Of a stretch of DNA of 64,000 nt, positions 25,900 through 39,400 are shown in pieces (positions within the stretch are counted from its first letter, which is position 1; every line of letters starts with the position of its first letter). Source of the DNA: Phoronis australis. Lineage: Eukaryota; Animalia; Phoronida. The stretch is taken from the NCBI GenBank assembly GCA_002633005.1, contig NMRA01000974.1, positions 18,121 through 82,120 of the forward strand, in the 5' to 3' direction. Under the pieces are notes generated by a model, which saw only the letters and a list, made by a program, of their open reading frames with translations, was not told the DNA's origin and ran no database searches. The translations under genes and the position numbers were made by a program.

Positions 25900-27700
25900 T
25901 AAGTTCAGTACAGTAAGAAAAGTAAGATTCAAAAACATAAGCACAAAAATATTCTTTGGATTTCCCAAGGTATTTAAACTCTCTTTGATTTAGAGACAGG
26001 CTTTATAAACGACTCAAGTCAATCCCCCAAAGTGCTAGTAATTTTGTTTCGTTAAAAACAAACCTACAAACCTATAAATTATTCTAAAAGAAGTTATGAA
26101 AAGTGCTACAAGACTTTATTATCACTGTCAGTTTCGGGCCCATGTTGGTTCTCCTAAGAACACTTGGAGAGAAATTACTAATTTATTGAATAGAAATGTC
26201 TAATAATCCAACCAAATTGAAGATAAATGATGAAATGGTTTGTGACGAGGGTGATATTGTAAATCATTTTAATAATTATTTTAGTAATATTGCCTCACAC
26301 TCTGTACCTACTCATTCTTCAAATTTGTCACATATGTCTTTTTAGACTGTGAATCCGCTGCTAGATTTGACTTTGAACCAATTTCCCCGATTGATATTAG
26401 AAAAGTGATTAATTCTTTTCCTGCTAAACCTACTTGTGGTCATGATGGCATATCCCTGAAAATAATAAAATGTCTAAGTAATCCATTGACTGAACCATTG
26501 TGTGTTGTGTTTAACCAGTCCATTTCCAACCAAATTTTTCCAGACAACATGAAAATTGCTAATGTTATTCCTGTATTTAAACAGGGGACCCGTTGTTTTT
26601 AGATAATTACAGGCCTATCCCTCTTCTTCCTTGAAAAACTTATTTATAATCAACTTTACGATTATTTTCAATCTAATGGCTTGTTACATCCAGTATGGTT
26701 TTCGTGGGAGCACTCTACAGAACTGGCTTTAGTTGAAATTATGGATGTAAGTGTCAAGGCTATGGTAAATAATAAATTTCCTATGGCTATTCTAATTGAT
26801 CTTCCCAAAGCCTTTGACTCTTTAATTCATTCAATTTTACTCGACAAACTTCTATATTATGGTTGCAACCCCTAGTCTTTAAATTTTTTGAGAAACTATC
26901 TCTTTAATCGGGCTCAGTATGTTCAGATTAATAACACAGTTCCAATTTTGAGGGTTGTCCCACAGGGTCTATACTAGGTCCGTTATTATTCATCATTTAT
27001 ATGAATAATTTAGGGAAGTGCACGAGTTTCTTTGACTACATACTTTATGCTGATGATACTACTATCATTAATTGTATTCACAGCACGTTGTCTGTTAATG
27101 AGTCACATACTTTTTATGAGGCGCTGGAGAAAATTCAGTATTGGTTAAATGTAAATGGATGGGTTTTAAATGCAACTAAAACAAAATTCATGTTTTTTCA
27201 TAAACCGCCAAAATGCCTATTATACGTTATTTACCTGTATTCATTTTATTGTATTTGTATTAGTCATAATAAATGACCTTATATCGCCTACCTCGGTCTC
27301 CTTTTCATCTTTGGTAACGAGCTTGCGACGCACTTATCATTTATCTATTATTCGGGGCATATATCGACCATAAAAGCAGATTCTGTGGTGTTCTTAATAA
27401 CATTTAACATTTCTTGCCTTTAAAACTTTGAAAACTGCATATAATGGTATTTGTCCTTCCTCATTTTAATTATGGCATTCTGCTATGGGGGTGTCAACAT
27501 CATAGAATATTCAAATTACAGAATTTTTGAAAAAGGTTATTCGCACTATTACCTCTAGTTATTTTAATACCCATACAGATCCTTTATTTAGGACTACACA
27601 GGTACTCAAAATAAAAGACTTGTATGTTGTTGCTATTATCAAATTTTTCTACAAATATGTTCATAATTACTTACCTTCATTTTTTAACACGTTCAATATA
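25900..27700 (+). mobile_element. Decayed non-LTR retrotransposon (L2/CR1/Crack-like) reverse transcriptase
   Basis: Broken frames read GHDGIS..K, FPDNMKIANVIPVFKQG, NYRPI, STELAL, IDLPKAFDS, VPQGSILGPLLFIIYMN, YADDT and HTDPLF, with many stops and frameshifts. Confidence 0.92.
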
Positions 27701-27807
27701 ATAACCCGTGGGTCTGGTGGCTCTGTGGTCAGCGGACTCGGGTCCTTCACAGAGCCTCCATAAGGGTTAATTTGTATTTATTGTATTTTTTGTCTTAACG
27801 TGAAGAA

Positions 27808-27884
27808 CTACTACCACTACCACTACCACTACCACTACCACTACCACTACCACTACCACTACCACTACTACTACTACTACTAGT
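27808..27884. repeat. (ACCACT)n/(ACT)n microsatellite
   Basis: Directly visible. Confidence 0.95.
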
Positions 27885-28306
27885 ACTACACGGTCAACGG
27901 ACTCATAAACACGACTCACGGACCTGCAAACACCGTCCACTGACTCACAAACGCGGGAACGGACTCACAAAATACGATCCACGCACCCAAATACACGGGA
28001 CACGGACTCATATTCACGAGGAAACACGGTTAATGGACAGCCAAACACTACACGGTTTACGGACAAAAATGAAGATGTCAGCTGACCCAGGAAGCCGATG
28101 AGTCCGTGACCCGTGTTTGGCGGTCAGTTAACCGTGTTTCCTCGTGAATATGAGTCCGTGTCCCGTGTATTTGGGTGCGTGGATCGTGTTTCATGAGTCC
28201 GCTCCCGTGTTTGTGAGTCAGTGGACGGTGTTTGCAGGTCTGTGAGTCGTGTTCATGCGTCCGTGCCCGTGTTTATGAGTCCGTTGACCGTGTAGTTGAG
28301 GTACCT
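27885..28306. mobile_element. Foldback/palindromic MITE built from short subrepeats
   Basis: 27885-28050 is the reverse complement of ~28110-28296 (actacacggtcaacggactcataaacacg ... cgtgtttatgagtccgttgaccgtgtagt). Confidence 0.85.
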
Positions 28307-30462
28307 TGTACTACTACTATTATAGAAAATTAATAAATATAATGGCGTGTTATTATCATCAAGCCTGGCAGTATCGTGTACTTAGAACCTCGGCCCGCCC
28401 TTGTCCAATTTAAATGTTTCAAGTTATTCGCATACTGGGGCTTGGGCATACGCTTCATCTACAAGTTGGCCGACATCTATCCTTTGTAGATGCACTTGCA
28501 CAGTTGTCTTTTTGTCCTTCTCATTTCATTTGTTCAGAATACATTCGTCCAACAGTAACCGGTTTTAATTAAATAAGTCAAATTGTAAAAGCACAGTCAT
28601 ATTTTCAGAAGGTAGAGGTCCTGTAGACTTTGATTTTTAGTTTGGTACTAATCTGTCATCAAGCGGTTCACTTCACCAAGTGCTCTTAGTAACATCTAAA
28701 AAAACATTAAAGCAATGACAACGCATTTGTTATAAATATTCAAACTGAAATCCCCAACACGTTGCTACATTTTTTCTAATATAAATTGTTTTTTATGCAA
28801 CTATTGTTTTTTTTCATAAAAAACCCTATATTTGATAGTACCTCACGCAAAAAGGAACATTTTAGAAACAACTCCAACAGCATTTTGGAGAACAATGCAT
28901 AAAGCACAGTACCTGAAAGTTTCAGCCATTTATGAAATTTGGACATTTTCTAAGGTACTATGAATTTCTATAACCAGCTTGTATAATTCTAATGGTTTTT
29001 TTTTTGAAAAGCAAGTGCTTCCCAGTGACAAAAATGAAAGATTTGAAAATGTGATATCAAGTCAACTGGCGACGTTGTCAGTTCGGTAATACATTTCTGT
29101 TTATATCTTCATTTATTTTAAATACAATTTTAAAGTGTTTGGAATGGCAGTTCCGACCTTTACTACTAGGTGACACACATCAGTCACGAAATTTGCCTAA
29201 ATTCGCAGTTGAACGTGAAAAATAAAAGAATTGTGTATCCTGACTTAGTGCAACATACCGAAATATTACTTGCACTGTCACTCATTATAAACATCTAATT
29301 TCATTGTTTTTAAAGCTACACCTTGATTTGCTGGCTGAAAAACGAAGATCAAACCACTAAGCATTTACTCTCATAAAATTGGTCCCATAATATTCCTTGC
29401 CTCGATAGGATTATAGTTGCGTAACTAACTCACGTGCCATTTTCGAATACGCAGTTTTAAGGTTGGTTAACAAAAATGATTTTTTAAGAGTTTTATTTAG
29501 TCACGGCTCTGATGGTTTCGATGTTCTTGTTGGTAAGGGAAAAGGAGTATGATGGTAGGAAATATTACAAGACTGGTTTTTTGAAAGCAAAAGACCCCAT
29601 CGAAGTAAACAAAATCAAGGTAACCCCGAACCAGTGGCTCAAACCCAAACCAATGACTGCTGTGGTTACATCAACCAATGCGAAAGCGCGTGCCACTGGC
29701 TAGGCACGTAAGGAAACAGGGAGAGGGTAAGGGTACACGCTATCGGAAATTCTCACACGTGCAAGCGGGTATACCGTTGTTGAATTGATGGCGCTTTAAA
29801 AATTATTGTCTCATCAGAGACCAGTGGCACTCAGGTTTCATGGAACAGTCCCAAATAGGGACTCAACTAAGGTTCCTAAGTCTTTTAGCTATTTGTGTCT
29901 TTATGGACTCACAGATGAAATATGTTTCTATCATTTCATCTTTATTATGAGTTCCTCTTCGATTAATGACATTTTCTAATATCATAACTAAAAATTGAAC
30001 CCAGAGTTCATCGAAAATAATTAGTGACTCAGTCTTTAAATTGCATGAAAACATCCCGAATTATTTTCGACAATATTGAGTATTCAACGTGGAGTTCACT
30101 CTCGATATGTATCAAAATCAAAAGTTGACTTAATAATGAAACTAAAACAATAAGAAAGGGCAATCGATGCTTTCAAGTCCAAAAATACGCCTTAGGTTTC
30201 AGGGAACTTGTTTGATCCCCTATTAGGGACTGTTTTACGCAAACGGGCACTGTCGCCTTTGGTCTCATGCAGCCACAGACCGCGCGCGCGCGCGCTTCAG
30301 CAACATATCGTTTCAGGCGAATCACTTTCAAATCATTTGAAGTCCGTTTCTGAAGCTCAACGAGATTAACTGTGGTACCCGCTGTAGATTCTACAGTGAC
30401 TTCTACCACGGGCACCAGCGAAATCGAAAGTAAAAATATAATTGCAGGCGGTCTGGTACACG

Positions 30463-30717
30463 CATGCGCGCACCCAGCCTAAAGTATAGGGGGGCTCGAA
30501 TTTTTCGGTGTGCGGACCTTATAGTGAAAGAGGACTAAAAAGGGGGGGCAATAGGTTCAGGACCGAATTGCGCATGCGCGCCGACTTCCCGTGGGATTTT
30601 ATGGACTTTTGTCTCATTTACTCGGACTTTTTGTTTCACTGAGGCGGACCTTTTTGCCCAATTCCCCAAATTGGGGGGCTCTTTTGAGCCTCCGAGCCCC
30701 CCCTGGGTGCGCCCATG
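30463..30717 (+). mobile_element. MITE (CATGCGCGCACCCAG family) with apparent 5-bp TSD ACACG
   Basis: TIRs are catgcgcgcacccag / ctgggtgcgcccatg, flanked by acacg on both sides. A paralogous empty site lies at 22311-22370. Confidence 0.8.
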
Positions 30718-31420
30718 ACACGTTGTATCAAACGTGCGCAGGCCGCGCATTTAGGCTCTGATCACTTGTGGCCACTTTTGTTCTTTATTAAAATATACTC
30801 GCAAGTAACCAAACTCGTCGATTCAAACCCCGGCCACGCTATATATCCAATAGGCCCTTTCTAGTCCGTTATTCGCTGACTTGTTTGCATGGAAATGAAA
30901 TAACCGTGTTATCGTTTGATAACTGATTATTTAACGGTTAGTGAGAAACAACCACATACGTATAGGAATACTACTGCGATATTGTATCTCGAATTCATTT
31001 AATCTTCGATCTGGTTGGGACAGTCTTTTCCCACAGGCCTCCATTGACTCGCCCTTAGCTGATTGAACACTTACGAGTGCACGCACTGGCTGAAAGTGAC
31101 GGGTCATCATGATGGCCTGTCATAACTCAAGGAGTCTTCAATTGCTCCAAAAAACTAAGGCTAACAATAGCAACACACAAGAGGCATTTATTATCTTTCA
31201 CAATTAACATGTTAAAACTGGACCTCTGTAGAGATCCTACGAATCCAAGTGGTTTTTAAAATAATCATATTATTGGTTATACTACCGATTGTTTGAAAAC
31301 ATTTTTCTCGACTTCAGAAATAGCAGCCTAGTGTAAGTCTGTGTCACTAGGTATCTAACTTCACCGTGTGGTCATCGTCAGGGTTCAAAAATTCTTTCCC
31401 ACTTGTGTCCGTTATATTTG

Positions 31421-31585
31421 TACATTGGGCCAAGGCGGAGTTGGGTACCTGTAAATATACAGATTGTACATTAGGTCAGGCGGAATCGAGGACCTGTGAA
31501 CATACAAAGTGTATATTGGGCCAAGGCAGAATTGGGGACTTGCGAACATAAAATTTTTACATTCGTGGGCAAGGCGGAGCTTGAA
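31421..31585. repeat. ~46-bp degenerate tandem repeat, about 4 copies
   Basis: tacattgggccaaggcggagttggg.acctg variants start at 31421, 31467, 31512 and 31558. Confidence 0.8.
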
Positions 31586-31884
31586 CTGGTCTTACAGTTC
31601 TATCGTGGCATATTTCTATGATTGAAGCTAGCGCAAATAGACCATCAGGTGATTCTTGTTCCACCTACGTACTTTTCGCAATAACAGTAAACGCAAAGCA
31701 TCAGCAAATTTCCTCGAAAAGAAAAAAACAGTTAAAAAATCTGCCAAATGGTAGCCTACATAAGTAGGTACGGCCTTCTGTCTGTACAGCAATGAGCCAA
31801 ATACTCCGAGGACCATCAGTCAAGAGTTCGCACCACAAATGTATCGTAAATAACTGGCGTAACCGAAACCCGTACAGGCTGATA

Positions 31885-32378
31885 CTACCCACAACCCCCT
31901 CGACCTACGGCCCCATCGTCCCATGACCCCCTTGAAATCGGCAGTCTACACAAGCTCGACTCGATCTGAACGTAGAACAAGCGCTGACTTGCAAGACCAA
32001 TCCATGGGCGGTGCAGCACTGAAATAAGTCATGGGCGGGGCATCATAGGGGGCTGGGGGCTATAGCCCCCCACTTTTTTCAGTGCTACGCCGCACATTGT
32101 CTTTAGACGGTGCATCACAGGGGGGCTGAGGGGGCTTCAGCCCCCACATTTTTTAGTTCTGCGCCACCCATGTAACTGGGGTCTATAGCCCCACCCAGTC
32201 CCCTAGGGTGGGCCGACCATGCAACGAGTCTGGCCGTGAGCTTGTCTGGCTTTTCCCTGCTTTTTCGCGTATAGGTACTCTGAAAGTCTTAGGTCACTCA
32301 GCATAGTAATGTGTAAAATTAAAAAGCGCAGATACATCTAGTGCAGTAGGTCGTGGGTCGAGGGGGTTATGGGTATAG
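31885..32378. mobile_element. TIR element with a nested GC-rich CATGGGCG MITE (~32030-32172)
   Basis: cccacaaccccctcgacctacggcc matches the reverse complement of the right end, cccataaccccctcgacccacgacc. The inner element runs catgggcgg...gcgccacccatg with gggggct...agccccc hairpins. Confidence 0.6.
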
Positions 32379-32449
32379 GGGTTTTAGAGCTTACTACACT
32401 GTAACTAATTGAGGTAAGAAGAGCATTTGGTAGTTAGTACATTAAGTAA

Positions 32450-33370
32450 TTACAAATGAAGACAGGCATTCAACTTTATGAACAAATGAAACAACGATCT
32501 ACAATTTTAATTATATTCGTCTATAGTGTTTTTGCAACAAGGAGTGAATGCTTGAAGGCTAGGAGTAGATATTTTATCAATGATAATGGGAGGTATTAAG
32601 AAGTAGTTTACTAAGCAGGGAATGTGATACTTGAGGCATGTTTGAGAACTGAATTTCGTAAATAACGGTGGAGTCAATATCGGGCGGTAATTAGCGTATT
32701 GTGAAACAAAAATTTACATTTCGAAGAAAATGCTGCGTTTATAGCGATATTTCTTCAACGATATTTTTGCAGGAAGTTAGAGTCACAACAATATTGTGGA
32801 AGTTAATTATTCATAAATTTGTGATAAAAGTTAAATGTATCATCAAGTTCGAAGATAGGGTTTGCACTGGTGATAAAGGGTGACTTAGAAAAATGTAGAC
32901 ACTAGTTTACTTTTGCAAACTTCTTAAACGATTACGACATTTACGAATGATAAATGTGATAACATTAAATAATTGTAAACGAGAAGTAACGCGTGAGTTG
33001 AAATATAATGTTTCAAAATAGATAAACATGCCGCTTGTTTTTCATATTTTATTGGAAATTTCAGTTGTCCAGGAAAATGTCCTATCGAAATAAATAACCA
33101 AAAACTTAAAATTATCAACCACTTTACATCATTAATTTTTAGCTGGTGTATTTCATTTATGCCTTCCTAGCGATAATGAAATGCATATATTTAGTTTTTG
33201 TTGTGTTAAAATAGAGTTTGTTTACAGTCAGTCAGCTAGACATTTGGCAATTTGTTATTCATGGAGTCAATCTGGAGCTCAAAGTTCCTATTTTTGTTTA
33301 TATGTAAGGGGCAGTAAAATGTATGTGTCGTCCGCATACATTAAGAAATTTCCATCAAATGAGGATGTCG
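32450..33370 (-). mobile_element. Decayed LINE reverse transcriptase fragment
   Basis: The minus strand reads GNFLMYADDTYILL at ~33310-33355, followed by degraded downstream ORF2-like sequence. Confidence 0.7.
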
Positions 33371-33448
33371 TGTCATAAAATCACCACTGACATGTCTGTT
33401 TATCCCACAGCTCATGGCGGACACCCTATCTTTTACCACTTGGTAGCA

Positions 33449-36400
33449 TTATTTGGACAAAAACAACTGCAGGAGACTCTGGATTTTCACTGAGCGATTT
33501 CTTTCAAAAACCTGTGCTAAATCATCTGCGAGTCCAAGATTGAGTATGGTGTTATCAGACGTACGCTGTTGGTAAATTTGATACAAGCACCATCTCAATG
33601 ACTGGTGTTTCATGAGAAGAATAAAAATATAGCATTCTGAAAACGCACGAAGTTGCTGAACCGACTATAACAGTAACACCTCATTATGGGACAACTGTCT
33701 GATTTCTACGTGAGGCACTCTCTGCACTTCCAAGAATTGAACACTCTTTAGTTAACTCGGATATCATCGTTTACCTTTTCAATGGGAAGAAACTTTTGAC
33801 TTCCCCAGTAAGTAGACAAGTCGCAGAATGCCGGAGCCGGTAGGTTGGTCATCAGAGTAAAGCTGGATAAGAACGCCCACCTTCGGACGGGACTTTCATT
33901 ACTTCCGCTTCGGTGCAGCAGGTTAGAATGGAAAAAGAGTGCGTCACCTACGGAAGATTTGGAGGTGACTGCTCTGTAAGATTGAGTAAGAGACTGCAAT
34001 AACCAAGGTTGTATTTTGCTATCTCTTAACATTATGGATCCCATCATTTCGAGAGAGCGCCAACCCTGCCTCTTAAAACTTTTCACTGATGTTACATCAA
34101 ATTCAAGGAGGGGGCCAATGCTAGCGGTGAGAATCGGCAATTAACGTTTCAGAATGAATTAATTGGAAATATTTCCCATTCGAGGTTTGATTCGTAATCA
34201 GCATCGAGTACTGACAAGGCTGTCTACTATGAGTAGGCAATGAGACCGGGGCTTAGTTCCGTAGATGCAAGAATCTCGGGAATAAATCTTGTGCAATCAC
34301 GCGATTCCTTGTAATGCATAGAGATATCTCGTAAAGACTTGCGTGATTTTGCGTTTTCACGAGTGTATTGCGTCTAAAAAGATGTTTTGTTTCTCTAGTC
34401 AACAAGAGTTTGCTGTCCTACGCAACCAGACGAATTGCAGTGACTCAGAAGCCATGTTTACCTGACTTTTTAAAAATATTTTTAGCAATACCTGATAAAC
34501 ATTGGTGTGCGGCGAAGGAGACTTCGCTGTCTCTTTTAGGTGAATTACAATTTTTTTAACGAGATCACAAATCCTCGAATCATTGCAACACCAGTCCAAG
34601 TCATCCCGAGTCATTTGATAAACGATGTGTTGTTTACTGCGTGGCCACTGGAGACACAGTAGGCCATTCCTTTCCCCCCGGGTTCATTGCAAAAAGTCCT
34701 AATTCAGTCGAAAATTGTTTCAATTTTGAGTTCGGACCCCCTTTTCATTGCAAAGTGACTCAATGTTGCTTCTCTTTTCAGCAATTCTCCGAGACTAGAC
34801 TGATGTAGCCTACTCTGGCTCGTGATTGGGTCATAGAGGTTACAGAGTGGTCCCTCCGTCACACTAATAAATGCGGAAATAACCCACGTGACTTTCCAAG
34901 CAAGGAAATCAATACAATCAGGAACTTGATTGGATTTTCAGCTTACATGAAGCCAAGTGGGCGTTGGGGGCCAGAATGAGTGTATCAGTCACTCTCCCCG
35001 GCAAGTCGCTAACAACTTCACGTTTGTTCCCCTGTTGAATACTTCTGGCTAAGCCAGTCGGCGTGTTTACTCTGTTCACGGGAATTCGTCATCAGGGCTT
35101 ATTNAGCGGCTTCACGGGCAATAAAATGTAATCGACCGAATAGATTCGTCGACCACAGATTTACCCTGTGGTTTTTCCGCTTGATCCCAGACCGCCCCGA
35201 GTTGCTCCAGCAGCCAACTCGGGGCGGTCTCTCACGAGGGTTTAGCGTTATGTCTCGTTGTATTTTCGACAAAACGATATTGTTTCCAAAAAGAAACACA
35301 GAGTTTGCCCCTATTGCCTGGAAGTGGTCCTACCTGGTTGCATCTCAACGTCCATTAACGGAAGTGATTTCTCTAGCTCTTTGACACGCATGGGCTCTGC
35401 TTGTCTCTGGGCACCAACATACACGTGATCTATCCGGCCGCATTTGTGAGAACCCCTCAATACCTTAACGACACATCGAAAAACCAGAACATTATGTGCT
35501 GAACATTTTGCAGTGTTAAGAAAGAAGTTATTTTTGATATCTCTTACATTAATGGGACACTTCCACAATAGGCAACTCTAGATGACCATATAAACCGAGA
35601 TTACTTAGAACACGGAATACATGTAGGCCTTAGTCTCAAATGTCTTCATACCAACGATAGAAAACAATGTAGAGCCACAAGCGGGACCATTTAAGGTTTG
35701 TCAAGTAAAATGAGTGTTAAAATGTCATCAATTTTGACAAAATTGGTAAACACTTTCATGACTGGCCAACTTCGACATCGCTTTGACTCGTTTGGGCTAT
35801 ATAATGGCTAGGAATACTGTGTAGTTAATAAGTTTATTTCATCGATAATTTCAATGTTTAGGATACATCTGAATTGATTTAAGGCTCGATTTGGTGACAT
35901 GCTGCTTACCAATGCGACCTCTCAGATTTTGTTTGGCGACCTGTTAAAAATCCTAAGTCCCCGATCAAAGCAGATTTTTTGTAACAGAACGTGAACTTGC
36001 GGGTGCCGCAACAGCGTTCTTTTGGTCACGGACTAGAAAGAGCACGCTGTAGGGCTACCACAAATGGGGTTCCCTTGTTTTGGCGAGCTTATTTCCCATT
36101 TGGCCAGTTGATGCTCTGCCTTATGAGGTACAAAGGGTCGAGCCCTGTGATTACTTGTTGATTTCAATTGACTTTTCTCACAGTCCTTGAAAAGTCTTAG
36201 TAATTTTGAAACACAAGCACTCCTTCAAAGGATAATAGTAAAATACATTATTCCGGATATTTCCTACTACAAATTCATCACTTCAATTTAATGTCGCAAT
36301 CATCGTTCGATTCGTGGTTTCAATGGTCAAATTCAAGTCGGTGGCGTCATGCCCAGATACAGATTGGGTTACACAAAATATAATAACATGCTATATAGCC

Positions 36401-39400
36401 AAAGACTAGATAGCTGTTCTTAAAGGAGCATGCCACCCAAAAAGTAACCTAATTTGTATCAATTTAAATTGAGTAGTTCTACTCCATAACGACACGTACG
36501 GTTGCGTTACCTGACACCTGACGTCAGACGGAGGTGTTGAAATTATCCAATGACGTCATCGGTTTCACCCGCAGTCTGTTCAGCAGCTCACAACACGGGT
36601 TACTGGTGTCAGCTTATCGCTTGAAGTCATCGTTTAACACCAATAAATCATCAAACTTCGATGCAAAACCATTAAAACACACCGAATTCTTATAAAAGCG
36701 TGTTGTTTCATTTCGCTCTTACGGATTTATTGGTATTTGGACACACCGTAGCCTACAAAGTTCGGCAGGCCAATAAAGTCCGTAGCAGAAGTTTGGGGTC
36801 GGACTAGATAATTTCGAAGTATTTTCCGTGAGATGCAGACAGGAGAACCTAGATCTGTGTTGTTTAGACTTGTGATTTTTTGAGTTCTAAACACAAAACG
36901 CTTGTTAGCCTAGCCAGTGGCTCGGAGTACGATCAGAGGCCCGTCGCGGCCGGTCGCCGGGATTGACTCGTTATCCCCGCCAGTGGCTCGGAAACTGATC
37001 GGACATCAAGAACATAAACCAGCCAAAATTCAGTGGAAACTAAACTTCCAGTCAAAAAATACTATATTAGTGAGCCCAAGTAATGTGCTCCTGATTATGT
37101 TGGTGAATTAGCCACGAAACTGCAAATCTACTTACTACCGGGTTTCGCTTTGGCCACAGCACCGTCAAGGCAAAAGTTGTACATTGACAATAATTATTTG
37201 AGTAATGTAAATGTAAATAAAGATTCCCTTAACACCTGGCCGTGGGATGAAAATTGAGTTGTTTCACAACAGTTTCTGCCAGCAAACACTAAATTAGCAT
37301 GACCTCACACGGCCTAGGTGTCCCGTCAATTAGTTTTATTGCACCTAAAGCCGGTAACGCAGTGATTTATTCATTGCTGGCTTCTCAAATCATTTGCACT
37401 CACGAACACTCCAAAGGCATTACAAGTTGCATCTAATGATACAGACTTTGTTTCAGTTTTATATAAGTATTGGTTAGGGTGAGAATAATTCATTTTGAAA
37501 CAGAACGCTCAGTAATAAGCGCCAACATGGCAACTCGCAATCCCGACTTAGGACGAGCTAGAGCTCATCAGTCCCGACTTCGCGGGTGGATCGTTAAGTT
37601 TTACCTGGGAGTAATGATATTGGTCCTAGGTTTTACAGGCTATCAATTCGAAAAAGAATACAGTGATGAAGAAATACTAGAGAGGCGCCGTGAACAAGCT
37701 CAGACAACTGAACGTATGGAGTTATTTGGTAAGCCAGCATTCGTCAGGCACGGTCGATTCGTCTGCAGGCCAGAGACACGGAGATGTTTCACGGCCTCAT
37801 ATACTTGCTATTTACAGCGTACATTTCATTCTTCACTACCATGAGCCACTTCCTAAGCATTTCGGACTCTCGAGGAAGTAAAAAAAAACGTTATACCCGC
37901 TTTCCTCGAAGCTGCTTAGTTCGGACAAGCGAGATCGATGCACCGCAACATAGCGGCATTCACTCTGCATATGAACCACTGACGTCGCTAGCGTCGTTTC
38001 TCACCTTCCTCACAGGTTAACGCGACACCTCTTGGCAAGGTAAGGTCGACCGTATGCGAGGCGATGTGGATATAGACCGATTAAGACGGCTAAAATGACT
38101 AATTAAATCGGGTGGCATTCTCCTTTAAGTCGGAAGTGTAACGTCAAGTTACAGCACACTACTAGTCAAGAGTAAAAGTGACAAAGGTCATCACAAACTG
38201 CGACTCCAGTCAGGCACGGTACCTGTTCTAAGATACTTGAGATAGGTACTCATTCGACGACTATTAAGCGTTGTGAAACGAAAGTATCTTTCGAGTGACC
38301 CAATTTCTAATAATTTCTGGAGCGCAAAACATCGTAGGCCCAGTTTCATTCACGGTATTTTGAAACATTGGGAAAGTTCGTTTCAACAATTTGATAATCC
38401 AACCGTAATAGTTTCACCTGTAAGCATCCGTTCATTTTTGTACACGGGTCAAGCGCAATGAAAACTGTCAACATGTCCGGGATAAGAAACCCGTTGTCGT
38501 ACCAGTATCTGAAATAATAAAATACAGTGTTAATCCGGGTACCTTGGTCTATCCACATTAAGTTTTCTGAGACATGCCTACTCCATATCAAGAATTCCAT
38601 GGTCTAATAAGTTAAAATTTCACATTGCTTCATGAGGGGACCTATATTGAACTGTAGCTTAATTTTAACTGGGCTGACTGGTAAGCTTACCCGTAGTCTT
38701 GATGCCACACGTGCTGCCCTCCCACGGCTGCATCTTTCATCATCAGCTTTGTGGCGTAATGAGATACCGTGCCGCCAAGGAGCTACAAAGGCACGTTACT
38801 AACTAGACAAAAGCACATTCGAGTGTCAACAAAGCCTCTCAACAGTACACGGGGTAACTGAGGCATCTTCGTTTTGATACACAAATTCAAAAATAGGCAG
38901 TGTGTTGGTAGCTAGTCTTTTGCTCTCATTTATCCTCAACACTACTTTTTCTCAAGGTAAACCACAATTTTCCTACGAAATTACTTCTTGTATGATGAAC
39001 CAAGCTTTTTCTTATATCAGCGTTCTTTTATTCATACAGTTACTCGTGAAAAAGAAAGATCCAGTAAAGGGTAGTAAGAACATTTGTGATGTTCGTGAGT
39101 AATAAAAACTGTTCACCCTCAAATGGGAAACTATTTCATCTCCGTAACCCAGACGTTTCATAAAAAATTCACATTAATCTACACAGAGTGTCTCCAGAAC
39201 TCTACTTACACTTCAGTACAACGCCTGGAATTCAAATTCAGTTCCCGTTGGCCAGACTCTGAGCCTACTGTATAGTAGGTATACTTTGCTGTGAAAGTAG
39301 GCGCGTGAGTTGTCACGTGGCCTTCATGCACGTGTATGGCAGGTAAACTCAGTTTTTTGGAAAACGAACATTTATTGTGCAAATCTTACAGGAAACTAAA

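Noticed and set aside
27705-27765. tRNA gene or SINE head (ggtggctctgtggtcagcg A-box-like)
   Set aside because: No B-box or cloverleaf follows; at most a truncated SINE fragment.
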